Positions 1 through 8,048 of a stretch of DNA of 32,000 bases are shown here, piece by piece. The DNA is from Methanomicrobia archaeon LH_S14. GTDB taxonomy: Archaea; Halobacteriota; Syntropharchaeia; Alkanophagales; Methanospirareceae. The notes beneath the pieces were generated by a model. It did no database searches, was not told the origin of the DNA, and worked only from the letters and a program-made list of their open reading frames with translations. How positions within the stretch are numbered: position 1 is the first letter of the stretch; the number at the start of each line of letters is the position of its first letter. The position numbers and the translations under genes are program-made. The DNA lies in NCBI GenBank assembly GCA_023659775.1, contig JAGXOS010000005.1, positions 1 through 32,000 on the forward strand, written 5' to 3'.

Positions 1-2
1 CA

Positions 3-296
3 TACATACACTTAACGATACTTAGAACTATGAAAAGGGTAACTGTTACAAAGGCTTTTCTGCATCAGTTGGAAAAGTACGGGCGGCTCTATGATATAGA
101 ACTTGCGAAGGAATATTACCCGAAAAAGGAAGGGTCTTTTATCAAGGGTATGCTGGCAATGATGAAAGATTACAAGGATTTCGGCATGCGGATGTTTAAG
201 CACGGAAAAATGGGACCGAAAGCAATGTTTCCAGAGAAGATAAAGCGAACGGAGGAAGTGGAAATGAAGAAGATATTTGAAAAAATAGGTAAATGA
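3..296 (+). CDS. C-terminal part of a protein open at the window edge; possibly HdrC-like (position directly upstream of hdrB-like sequence)
   Basis: Frame 3 is open from base 3 with no upstream stop. It ends at TGA 294-296, immediately before the HdrB-like N-terminus. The call rests on gene order and weak resemblance only. Confidence 0.3.
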   Translation, partial: YIHLTILRTMKRVTVTKAFLHQLEKYGRLYDIELAKEYYPKKEGSFIKGMLAMMKDYKDFGMRMFKHGKMGPKAMFPEKIKRTEEVEMKKIFEKIGK

Positions 297-297
297 A

Positions 298-930
298 ATG
301 AAAGGAAAGGAAAAAAATTAGCATACTATCCTGGCTGTCCATCGGCTACTACCGCAATGGATCAAGATATGTCAACAAAGGCAGTGTTCGAGGTATTGGG
401 CGTTGAACTGGCGGAAGTGGAGGATTGGAACTGTTGTGGTGCGGCGGAAGCAGAGGACCCGATGCTGGTTTATGCGTTAAATGCGAGGAATCTTGCTATT
501 GCCGAGAAAGAGGGTTTTGATATCGTAACACCGTGCAGTATATGTTATTACAATTTAGCGAGGAGTAACAAAGCTCTAAAGGAAGATGAGAATTTACGTG
601 CAAAGATGAAGGAGATAGATGGCTCCCTGGACTATAAAGGCGGGATAAAGACGAGGCATATACTGGATGTCTTCGTAAATGAAATAGGAATGTGTTCCTT
701 TCAGTTACATGAAGACGAAGTGCTGTGGCGGTCCTTTAATGATGACGAGAGCGGACATAGCGTTTGAGATGGCGAAGAAGGTATTAAAAGCGGCGAAGCA
801 CGCTGGTGCGGATTGCATTGCACTCGCCTGTCCACTGTGCGGCATGATGCTGGATGCGAAGCAGCCAGATATCGAAAAAGCGTTAAATATCGAGATAGGC
901 ATGCCAGTTATTTATATCACGCAGTTGTTG
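298..930 (+). pseudogene. hdrB: HdrB-like (CCG-domain) heterodisulfide reductase subunit, disrupted
   Basis: The first CCG domain reads KLAYYPGCPSATTA...EDWNCCGA...TPCSICYYNL. The second reads CCGGPL...GADCIALACPLCGMMLD...PVIYITQLL. There is no in-frame start: ATG 298 joins the reading frame only if the A7 run at 311-317 gains one A. Roughly 50 aa expected between HILDVFVNEIG and VPFSYMKTKCCGG are missing, with a frame switch (3 to 1) around 688-708. The C-terminus is cut at about 921-930. Confidence 0.6.
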
Positions 931-1247
931 GAGGAGGAGTTGCAGGCATTACAGCAGCTCTTGACCTCGCGGATTCTGGTTATAAAGTATATTTGATAGA
1001 GAAGAATGTAGAGCTGGGAGGAAAGATGGCGGAGCTTGCGGAATGCAAGACCGGGTTATCACCATACGTGGTTAAGGTAGAGAATCATCCGAACATAGAA
1101 CTGATGCTGTCAAGCGAGTTAGAGAGTTTATCAGGCTCAGCAGGTGATTTCAAGCTGAAAGTGTCGGGCAAGGAAGTAGAAGCGGAGAGCGTGGTGTTAG
1201 CGCCGGGTTACGATATTCCCGAGGTAGCGAAGAGTTATGGATTGTGA
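921..1247 (+). pseudogene. hdrA: HdrA-like FAD-binding domain fragment fused onto the hdrB remnant
   Basis: VVGGGVAGITAALDLADSGYKVYLIEKNVELGGKMAEL is a Rossmann GxGxxG motif followed by HPNIEL. It lacks the N-terminal Cys-rich domain and the Cys-containing stretch after GGxMA. It is followed in another frame (about 1243-1320) by a short ...ETSVEGVL piece resembling a flavoprotein C-terminal motif. Confidence 0.5.
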
Positions 1248-1317
1248 AAACTGATAAGTATAGAGATATCGAGACGAGCCTCACGAACCCGCTGGAAACG
1301 AGTGTTGAAGGAGTGTT

Positions 1318-2439
1318 ATGAATGCGGCGCTTGGCATCGCAGATGCGGGATATGAAGTATATTTAGTGGAGAAAGAGCTTGAGTTGGGAGGCGGTTTGAG
1401 AGAAATCCAGGAGTTACAAAGTGGAGAGAAAGCTGCTGGCGTTTTAGCGGAATTTGTTGATAAATTTGGCGCCTGTGTAATCGCAACTGAAGCGAGGGAT
1501 TTCGTGCCTGAAGGTTACCATGGATATGGAAAAGAGAAGAACGTGGTAACGGTAAGCGAATTTGGACCCATGTTGACAGGCAAAATTGACGCCAATACAA
1601 TCGTGCTGATTCAAGATGTACCCGGGTCAGGGGAAGGGGAAGGGGTAAGTGCAAAGTACAGCAGCATAGAAGTGGTGGATAGCGCGTTAAAAGCGAAAGA
1701 GAAGAACCCAGATGTAAATGTCTTCGTGCTGTATCAGGACATAAAGACCTATGGCAAGTGGGAAGTGCTGTACAAAGAAGCACGCGAGAAAGGAGTGATA
1801 TTTCTCAGATACGATAAGGAAAAGCCACCGGAATACGAAGATGGAATTATCTCAATCTATGATGTTATATTCAACGATGAGATACAGATAAAGCCGGATC
1901 TGGTGGTGCTCAGCACACCGGCGATGCCTGCGGAGGAGAACGAGAGACTGAGCAAGATGTTTATGATTCCCTTGAAAAACGGATTCTTTATGGAAGCTCA
2001 GGAGCGACCGAAGATGGTTTTAACACCGGTTGACACGGTGAACGAGGGAGTGTTCATCTGTGGGTCTGCGGTTTATCCTGCAATGATAGACGAGAGCCTC
2101 GCGATGAGCAGTGCAGCGGCGTCGAGGGCATGTGTGCTGCTGGCGAAAGATTCCCTTGAGACGCCTGCGGTGACTTCAGTAGTTGATGAGCAGACATGTT
2201 CAGGGTGCGGCGTGTGTGCGGATATGTGTCCGGTTGAGGCGATAGAGTTGACGGAAGAACCGGTGCCTGTGATTACTTTCGGTGTGGCAACGGTGGTAGG
2301 CGGAGTGAAGAAGGTTGCGAAGGTCGGTGATGGCTGTATAGGCTGTGAAAGTTGTGCTTCTTATTGCCCTTCGGGTGCGATGTCGTTGCGATACTTTAAG
2401 GATAGGCAGGTCTACGCTCAGTTGGATTTTGCAGTGTAA
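1318..2439 (+). CDS. HdrA-like flavoprotein paralogue lacking the conserved Fe-S cysteines, with a C-terminal 2x[4Fe-4S] ferredoxin domain
   Basis: It is collinear with HdrA as I recall it: AALGIADAGYEVYLVEKELELGG, LIQDVPGS, YQDIKTYGKW, GFFMEAQ..PVDT, GVFICGS. Positions I recall as Cys-containing (IQCVGSR, YCSxxCC) read IQDVPGSGEGEG and YSSIEVV. The ferredoxin motifs CSGCGVCADMCP and CIGCESCASYCP are kept. Confidence 0.6.
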   Translation: MNAALGIADAGYEVYLVEKELELGGGLREIQELQSGEKAAGVLAEFVDKFGACVIATEARDFVPEGYHGYGKEKNVVTVSEFGPMLTGKIDANTIVLIQDVPGSGEGEGVSAKYSSIEVVDSALKAKEKNPDVNVFVLYQDIKTYGKWEVLYKEAREKGVIFLRYDKEKPPEYEDGIISIYDVIFNDEIQIKPDLVVLSTPAMPAEENERLSKMFMIPLKNGFFMEAQERPKMVLTPVDTVNEGVFICGSAVYPAMIDESLAMSSAAASRACVLLAKDSLETPAVTSVVDEQTCSGCGVCADMCPVEAIELTEEPVPVITFGVATVVGGVKKVAKVGDGCIGCESCASYCPSGAMSLRYFKDRQVYAQLDFAV

Positions 2440-2461
2440 GAAGTAAAGCAGTCTACTGAGC

Positions 2462-2477
2462 TTTTATTTTATTTTTT
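2462..2477 (+). terminator. oligo-T archaeal-type terminator after the hdrA-like gene
   Basis: TTTTATTTTATTTTTT lies about 20 nt after the stop at 2439. Confidence 0.5.
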
Positions 2478-2724
2478 AGATATCGCAGTATCGGATCTCC
2501 CAAGATGTGTTCAGTTTATTCCTTCTCGGACTTAGAGGCTTCCAGCTTTGCATGAATTTCCTCTTTTAACTCCTCCTCAATTTTAGCCTCGGTATCTATG
2601 CCCATATACGCAGCTACCTCTTTTATGTTTACCTCTTCGCCCTTTGTCTTCGCTGCCGCTTTTACCTTCTCCTATGGTGACAAAATATGAACTTTTTGTC
2701 CATTTTTCTATTATTTGATAGTAT

Positions 2725-2774
2725 TAGATGTGGTGGGGTGCCTGTGAATGGTTAATTCACGTTCACCACATCTA
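2725..2774. other. nested hairpin / inverted repeat in a non-coding stretch
   Basis: TAGATGTGGTG (2725-2735) pairs perfectly with CACCACATCTA (2764-2774). An inner stem pairs GTGAAT (2744-2749) with ATTCAC (2755-2760). A TATA-like TTTATATA follows at 2781-2788. Confidence 0.5.
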
Positions 2775-2860
2775 TTAAAGTTTATATACTAAAAAATATA
2801 AATATAGTTAACTGAATATCTAATAGGTGAACATTTAAGGAAAAGTGTGGATAAAAGACC

Positions 2861-3274
2861 TTAAATGCGATAGGGGAGAAGGAGACCACACCGCGATTGT
2901 TGGCAAGCCGGCTTTAAAAAGAGCCGAAGCACATGTAGCCGACATCGTGAAGAAAAACGAGGAAAAGCAGTCCTGAAAGCCTTTGCGAAAGCAGAGGCGG
3001 ACGGGATAGAGGGTGTGGGGTTACACCCAGTGCGATGCACAATTGATAGCATCATACGAAGAGGTTTGAAACAAAATGGTTGAATCTCATAACCTGGTAT
3101 CTCTTCTTCACTGCCTATCACAGATTCCTCAAATTTCTTGTAGCTCAGTTCCCCTTTGCGCTTCGCCTTTTTGAACTCACCCATTGCCTGTCCAAACGAC
3201 CTTGCGAGTTGCGGCACCTTAGAAGCGCCGAATAACAATACCGCTATTACTATAATCTCAGTTGTACCTATTAT
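2861..3274 (-). pseudogene. tatA: TatA/E-like twin-arginine translocase component without a canonical start; tail looks non-coding
   Basis: The minus-strand translation is (A)IIGTTEIIVIAVLLFGASKVPQLARSFGQAMGEFKKAKRKGE, the TatA TM helix plus amphipathic helix signature. The frame opens after a TAA, and the only start-like codon before the TM helix is ATA. The track ORF starts at an internal TTG. The last ~70 codons are R/C/P/S-rich and look like read-through. Confidence 0.45.
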
Positions 3275-3628
3275 CGCGGGCGAAACCCACGAGGGTTATA
3301 CCAAATTCGGTTGCATCTCGTATTGCCCGTTCAGTGGGTGCGGAAACGCTTATGGCAAGAGGGAAACCCGCAAAGAGCACCTTCCTCACGGTGGTATCAT
3401 TAAAGCATGCGTTTGTCGGGAAGAAGTAACTAAAACGTTTTCAGAAATCGCTATCCCCTTTTTTATGCATGTCCCTATGAGCTTGTCTATCGCGCAATGC
3501 CTGCTAATATCCTCAATAAAGATGCCCGCTCCATTTTGATCGAAAGCCGCAACCACATGCGTACCTCCCGTCGCTTTATACAATACGCCCTCCTCGCCTA
3601 ACTCTTTTATACATTTGTGTCGCTAAAA
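3258..3628 (-). pseudogene. fdhD: FdhD-like sulfurtransferase, C-terminal half only, frameshifted
   Basis: ELGEEGVLYKATGGTHVVAAFDQNGAGIFIEDISRHCAIDKLIG resembles the FdhD motif as I recall it (TGG.H...EDxGRHNAxDKxxG). After VLVTSSR the homology continues in another frame: VRKVLFAGFPLAISVSAPTERAIRDATEFGITLVGFARDNRYN*. The N-terminal half is absent. The stop overlaps the tatA-like start region. Confidence 0.55.
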
Positions 3629-3710
3629 AAATGAAAGCTTTTTATACTGCGTAATCTGAAAGTTATGTAAGTTATATTGATTCTATTGGATATAGGGAGA
3701 TAGAAGAAAG

Positions 3711-4856
3711 ATGCCAAAAAGAGAATATGCAAAAAGCTGTAAATCGGTGAGTGCAATAATGAGAACAGCGAAGCCAATATTGCCCCTGATAGTTATTGTC
3801 GTGTTATCGGTATCGCTGGTGAGTATGGCGATAACAGCGGCGGAAGAGGCTACACCTGACGTGACGGATTGTACGGGGTGCCATGCGGATATCGAAGATA
3901 CGGTCGCTAATTTCAATATGTCGCTGCACCATACTATCGGGGGGGTATACGGTGAGTTCGCACGAGGAGCGGGAGAGCAATTTAACATGAGTTCGCCTCC
4001 TGAAGGCTGTACTAAGTGCCATGTTGATTCGTGTGACAGTTGCCATAATGATTTCGCATCTTATCCAGGGTCGCCGGAGCACGGGAAAGCGGTAGAGATG
4101 GATACGTGCGTTGAGTGTCACCATTCGAGAGCGGGTGTGAACTATGTCGGATACCTTGGCGGTCATAAAAAGAAGGGACCAAGTGCAGACGTCCACCATC
4201 AAATGGGTTTAAACTGCACTGATTGCCACACACCTTCAGAGATACATGGCAACGGAGAAATGTATAGTAATGAAAAGGAGGCAGTGAAGGTAAGGTGTGA
4301 GGACTGCCACAACAGCCCAGGGAAAGAAGTCAAGGAAATGCCAGTAACGCAGTTCTCAACCGAGATACCGGCACACAAAATACACGAAGGAAAGCTCGAC
4401 TGCTCAGCATGCCACGCTGGATGGATGCAGACATGCTACAACTGCCATCTTGAGACCGGGAAAGCTGATAAATCGTACGTGGATGAGTTCCATCTCGGCG
4501 TTGGTTATGAAGGAGAGATAAAACCGTTCTACTACCAGCGAGTGAGCAAGGGGAATAAGTCATACGATAGATGGGTCGAATGGACACCACACACAATTTC
4601 CGCAACGGCGCACAACTGCAGTTTCTGTCATGAGAATCCGGAGCTGCTTGGTGAAAACCGAACAGGGATAGTGCTTGGACCAGAAGGTGCGAAGTTTATA
4701 CCACAAGAGATGATAGAGCGGATTTTAGCAGTAGAAGTGCCTGCGAGGACACCAGCGGAAACACCAGCAGCAACGCCTACACCACCAGGTTTCGAACTGA
4801 TATTCGCAGTGATTGCAATTGCAGTGGTTGTGCTTCTTGCAAAACGGAGACATTAG
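3711..4856 (+). CDS. nonahaem c-type cytochrome with N-terminal signal/TM and C-terminal PGF-CTERM archaeal surface-anchoring signal
   Basis: There are nine CxxCH motifs: CTGCH, CTKCH, CDSCH, CVECH, CTDCH, CEDCH, CSACH, CYNCH, CSFCH. A T/P-rich linker (TPAETPAATPTP) is followed by PGFELIFAVIAIAVVVLLAKRRH. A promoter-like CTTTTTATAC lies at about 3637 and an oligo-T terminator at 4897-4910. Confidence 0.9.
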   Translation: MPKREYAKSCKSVSAIMRTAKPILPLIVIVVLSVSLVSMAITAAEEATPDVTDCTGCHADIEDTVANFNMSLHHTIGGVYGEFARGAGEQFNMSSPPEGCTKCHVDSCDSCHNDFASYPGSPEHGKAVEMDTCVECHHSRAGVNYVGYLGGHKKKGPSADVHHQMGLNCTDCHTPSEIHGNGEMYSNEKEAVKVRCEDCHNSPGKEVKEMPVTQFSTEIPAHKIHEGKLDCSACHAGWMQTCYNCHLETGKADKSYVDEFHLGVGYEGEIKPFYYQRVSKGNKSYDRWVEWTPHTISATAHNCSFCHENPELLGENRTGIVLGPEGAKFIPQEMIERILAVEVPARTPAETPAATPTPPGFELIFAVIAIAVVVLLAKRRH

Positions 4857-4896
4857 GTAAAAAAAAAGTGTGAGGGTCTAAGCAATCGGCTGGACC

Positions 4897-4910
4897 TTTT
4901 TTTATTTTTT
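4897..4910 (+). terminator. oligo-T terminator after the cytochrome gene
   Basis: TTTTTTTATTTTTT lies about 40 nt after the stop. Confidence 0.5.
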
Positions 4911-4994
4911 GTTTCTCTGGCGTAGTGAGGATTTTAACTGATTTTAAATTTTATGATTTTATAATGCAAGATATATATTATATAAATAGTAATA

Positions 4995-5393
4995 GTGAAA
5001 ATGGCAACAAGAGAAGGAGATTGGTTAAGACAAGCAAAGAGAGATTTGGAGCATGCTCGGCATGCTCTTGAGGATGGAGATTATGAATGGTCCTGTTTTG
5101 CTGCTCAGCAGGCTGCGGAAAAAGCGGTGAAAGCACTTTATCAGAAACTCGGTGCTGATGCGTGGGGACATTTGGTAAGCACTCTGCTTTCCAATCTACC
5201 CGCCTCTATTTATCCAGAAGACGCATTAATAGAAAAAGCAAAGGAACTGGATATGCATTATATCCCTTCCCGTTATCCCAATTCCTATCCCTCTGGTGCA
5301 CCTTTTGAGTTTTACACCAGAGAGGGAGCAAAAAGAGTAATAGGATATGCAGAGGAAATTATCGCGTTCTGTGAGGATAAGATACTTCGATAA
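4995..5393 (+). CDS. HEPN domain protein (toxin-like partner of the following nucleotidyltransferase)
   Basis: WLRQAKRDLEHARHALEDGDY, FAAQQAAEKAVKALY and SRYPNSYP..FYTREGA match the classic HEPN layout. It overlaps the MNT gene. Confidence 0.8.
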   Translation: MKMATREGDWLRQAKRDLEHARHALEDGDYEWSCFAAQQAAEKAVKALYQKLGADAWGHLVSTLLSNLPASIYPEDALIEKAKELDMHYIPSRYPNSYPSGAPFEFYTREGAKRVIGYAEEIIAFCEDKILR

Positions 5394-5712
5394 GAAGTCG
5401 GTCGAAGAATCACTCAGGGGATATCTGAAAGAGATAGATGGAAAACACCCGGAAGTAGAGCGTGTGCTCCTCTTCGGCTCTTTTGTTCGGGACGAATGCG
5501 TGCCTGGGAGCGATATAGATTTACTCCTGATACTGAGTGCCTCAGAAGAGACCTTCTTGGAGCGAATACCACGCTTTTTGCCTTCTCGATTCCCGGTAGG
5601 GGTGGATGTATTCCCTTATACAGAGATGGAGGTGGAAAAGATGAAGGGAGGGGGGAATTTCTTTATACGAAGAGCTTTAGAAGAGGGAGTGGAGATTTTT
5701 CGAAGACGCTGA
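5347..5712 (+). CDS. minimal nucleotidyltransferase (MNT), partner of the HEPN protein
   Basis: LLFGSFVRDECVPGSDIDLLLIL is the GSxxxG...SDxDL motif. The true start may be GTG 5371. Confidence 0.8.
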   Translation: MQRKLSRSVRIRYFDKKSVEESLRGYLKEIDGKHPEVERVLLFGSFVRDECVPGSDIDLLLILSASEETFLERIPRFLPSRFPVGVDVFPYTEMEVEKMKGGGNFFIRRALEEGVEIFRRR

Positions 5713-5737
5713 TTTTATTCCCTATTCCCCTTTGAGA

Positions 5738-6775
5738 TTAATAGGGGTGCATAACGCTCGTTCGCTTAAATTGCTCGTTACTGAACAAGACCAAAAAATC
5801 GCTGATTCCCACTACTTTTGACAACCGTTCAGCCATTTCTTCTACCGATTCGCGTGTGTACCCATGAATTACGGTGAACAAATTATGCTCCCACTTTCCC
5901 GGCATTGTTACTCGCTCGTAGCTGTGTGTAATCTCTCTATAAGCGGCAAGCATGTTCCCAACGCGGTCTACATGTTCTTGAGGCACCTTCCACGCCACCA
6001 CCGCATTTGCCACAATTCCTACTTTTCGCTGGTTGATTGAGATACCAAGTCTTTTGATAACACCACCTTTTATCAACTTCTTTAACCGTGCAATCACCTC
6101 ATCCTGACTTATCCCTGCTTCTTTTGCGATTCTTTCAAAAGGCTCCTTTACAACCGGTATCCCATCCTGTGCGGCACGTAAAATAGCCTGGTCGGTCTCA
6201 TCCGGGTCTTGGTCGTCATCCGTGTTCATCTTCGTGCGTTCCATTTCTACTTTTGGTATGTCTCCTCCGCCGCCGTTATCTTTGAACTCTGTAAATTTAA
6301 AACGAACATCCACCTTAAACACACGAGTAGTGGGGAGGTCTAAGACGTCGGAGTCGGGGATTCCGGTTCTTTCCTTTATCTCTTCCACCGTGCTTCTTAA
6401 GTCCTTACCTCCACTACCACACGTTGTAACGGTGAACCAGAGGTTGTAGTCATGTTCACGCTGATAATTGTGCGTTACACTCATATATTCATTAACCACG
6501 CTGACGACCTCTTCCATTTTGTCCGCGGGCACGCGCATAGCGAGCAAAGTGGAGGAGCATGCCGCGATTTTTTGACCGTTGAGAATAGTGCGAAGTTTAC
6601 GAATAACACCGTCAGAGGAAAGCCGTTGGCAGCGCAATAACACCTCTTCTTCCGCGATTCCCAGCCCCCTCCCTATCTCAGCCCAGGGGCTTTTAGCCAC
6701 CGGGAACTTGTCTTGCAACTGTTGTAACAGTTCTTTATCCCGCGTATCCAGCTTACAGCGTTCTTCTGCACTCAA
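5738..6775 (-). CDS. fused AhbA/AhbB-type sirohaem decarboxylase (two Lrp/AsnC-like NirD/H-type modules)
   Basis: Two tandem modules each begin LD..D..LL..LQ / D..D..IL...Q..IPV...P (DKELLQQLQDKFPVAKSPW; DQAILRAAQDGIPVVKEPF). It lies next to an Ahb-type radical SAM gene. Confidence 0.7.
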   Translation of the reverse strand: MSAEERCKLDTRDKELLQQLQDKFPVAKSPWAEIGRGLGIAEEEVLLRCQRLSSDGVIRKLRTILNGQKIAACSSTLLAMRVPADKMEEVVSVVNEYMSVTHNYQREHDYNLWFTVTTCGSGGKDLRSTVEEIKERTGIPDSDVLDLPTTRVFKVDVRFKFTEFKDNGGGGDIPKVEMERTKMNTDDDQDPDETDQAILRAAQDGIPVVKEPFERIAKEAGISQDEVIARLKKLIKGGVIKRLGISINQRKVGIVANAVVAWKVPQEHVDRVGNMLAAYREITHSYERVTMPGKWEHNLFTVIHGYTRESVEEMAERLSKVVGISDFLVLFSNEQFKRTSVMHPY

Positions 6776-6865
6776 TTTTCATCACAAACCTTTTCTTTAC
6801 AACAATTATTTTTTCTTTTAGCACAGGTTTTCTTTTTTCTAAAAAGAAAAAGTGTTGCTTAGGAT

Positions 6866-7984
6866 TTAGGATTTTTTTTCTCCCCCTGGAATGTAAGGGC
6901 ACCACGGCTCCTCAGCTAAAAAGTCGCCTTTTAATTCCCCGGGCTCCTGCAGACCACCGCAGACGTCCACGAAACTCGTTAAGCCATAGGCTCGTGCACG
7001 ACACCCGCCGCAAATGTCCCGGTATTCACAGGCTCCGCACTTGCCTTTTAAGCGGTCGAAGTCACGCATAGCATTTAATATGGGCGACCCGAACCATATC
7101 TCTTCGAACGGCGTTTCTCGAATGTTACCCACTTTTACGGGCAGATAAGGGCAGGGTGTTACTTCCCCCGTGGGGTAAATGCGACAATAAGCGAGCCCTG
7201 CAATGCATCCGCGTGTCCACTGGTCCAGATTCAATCCCTTTTGTGATGCGATTCGCATAAATTGAGGTGCGCAGACAGGTCTAACCGCAAGGTTATATTT
7301 TGCGCTTGCTACCTTATCAAGCACTCCTTCTATCATTTGCTCATACATATCGGGCGATATGTCTTCTATCTCTTTCCCTCTGCCCGTAGGCACGAGAAAG
7401 AAGAGGTGAAACATACGTGCACCATGTTTTTCCGCTAACGCCATTATGTCATCAATTTCATCGTAGTTCTGCTGCGTCACGGTGGTGTTTACCTGAACGC
7501 CTATGCCATTTTCTATGCACGCGTCAATCCCGTCTAATGCTCGTTCCCATGCACCCTTCACGCCACGAAAAGTGTCATGACGGTCGGGAACCGATGAATC
7601 GATACTGACGGCAACTGCTTTTACACCGCTGGATTTTAGTTCCTTCGCAACGGAATCGGTTATCAGCGTGCCATTGGTGCCCATCGCCACGATTAAACCC
7701 TTCTCAGTTGCGTACCGGGCGAGTTCAAAAACGTCATCACGGAGCAGTGGTTCTCCACCACTCAGTATCAAAATAGGTTTGCTTACTTCCGCTATCTGGT
7801 CTATGAGCGCCTTCCCCTCTTCCGTACTTAATTCCTTTTTTCCTGCTCGTTCTCCTGCATCTATGTAACAGTGCGGACACCGCAAATTACAGGCGAAGGT
7901 CATGTTCCAGGAGATAAGTCGAGGTATAAAGTTTTTTCGTTCACTAAATGAATGTGAATGTTCTTGATTCTCGTTTTCAGACAT
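6866..7984 (-). CDS. radical SAM/SPASM enzyme of the AhbC/AhbD (alternative haem biosynthesis) type
   Basis: It has the CNLRCPHCY (CxxxCxxC) motif, GGEPLL, and a C-terminal Cys cluster CGACEYRDICGGCRARAY. A minus-strand promoter AACTTTATATAA lies about 45 nt upstream. Confidence 0.7.
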   Translation of the reverse strand: MSENENQEHSHSFSERKNFIPRLISWNMTFACNLRCPHCYIDAGERAGKKELSTEEGKALIDQIAEVSKPILILSGGEPLLRDDVFELARYATEKGLIVAMGTNGTLITDSVAKELKSSGVKAVAVSIDSSVPDRHDTFRGVKGAWERALDGIDACIENGIGVQVNTTVTQQNYDEIDDIMALAEKHGARMFHLFFLVPTGRGKEIEDISPDMYEQMIEGVLDKVASAKYNLAVRPVCAPQFMRIASQKGLNLDQWTRGCIAGLAYCRIYPTGEVTPCPYLPVKVGNIRETPFEEIWFGSPILNAMRDFDRLKGKCGACEYRDICGGCRARAYGLTSFVDVCGGLQEPGELKGDFLAEEPWCPYIPGGEKKS

Positions 7985-8048
7985 TGTGAACTATTTATAC
8001 TGTGATAGGATTTCAACTTCATGATTATATAAAGTTGTCGTTTTTTTT

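Noticed and set aside
294-296. In-frame TGA between the HdrC-like ORF and the HdrB-like sequence, considered as a possible selenocysteine or read-through fusion
   Set aside because: I could see no SECIS-like structure. A one-base change in the adjacent A7 run, giving a normal ATG (298) start for hdrB, is the simpler explanation.
1316-1783. 155-aa minus-strand ORF. The same applies to similar antisense ORFs at 705-902, 3804-4202, 4330-4605, 9207-9482, 10062-10478, 17299-17631, 22677-23066, 24309-24719 and 30335-30700.
   Set aside because: All lie antisense to ORFs with clear family motifs. Their composition is biased (L/S/R/P/C-rich) and they lack recognisable motifs. They are treated as shadow ORFs.
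2516-2671. Minus-strand open frame EKVKAAAKTKGEEVNIKEVAAYMGIDTEAKIEEELKEEIHAKLEASKSEKE with an HTH-like NIKEVAAYMGI
   Set aside because: There is no start codon before the HTH-like part, and the only ATG leaves 29 aa. At best it is another gene remnant, which is too weak to annotate.
3156-3539. 127-aa plus-strand ORF
   Set aside because: It lies antisense to the TatA-like and FdhD-like sequences, which carry recognisable signatures, and has no motif of its own.
4788-4796. GGTTTCGAA resembling a tRNA T-arm
   Set aside because: It lies inside the cytochrome CDS, where it encodes the PGFE of the PGF-CTERM signal. No acceptor or anticodon arms surround it.
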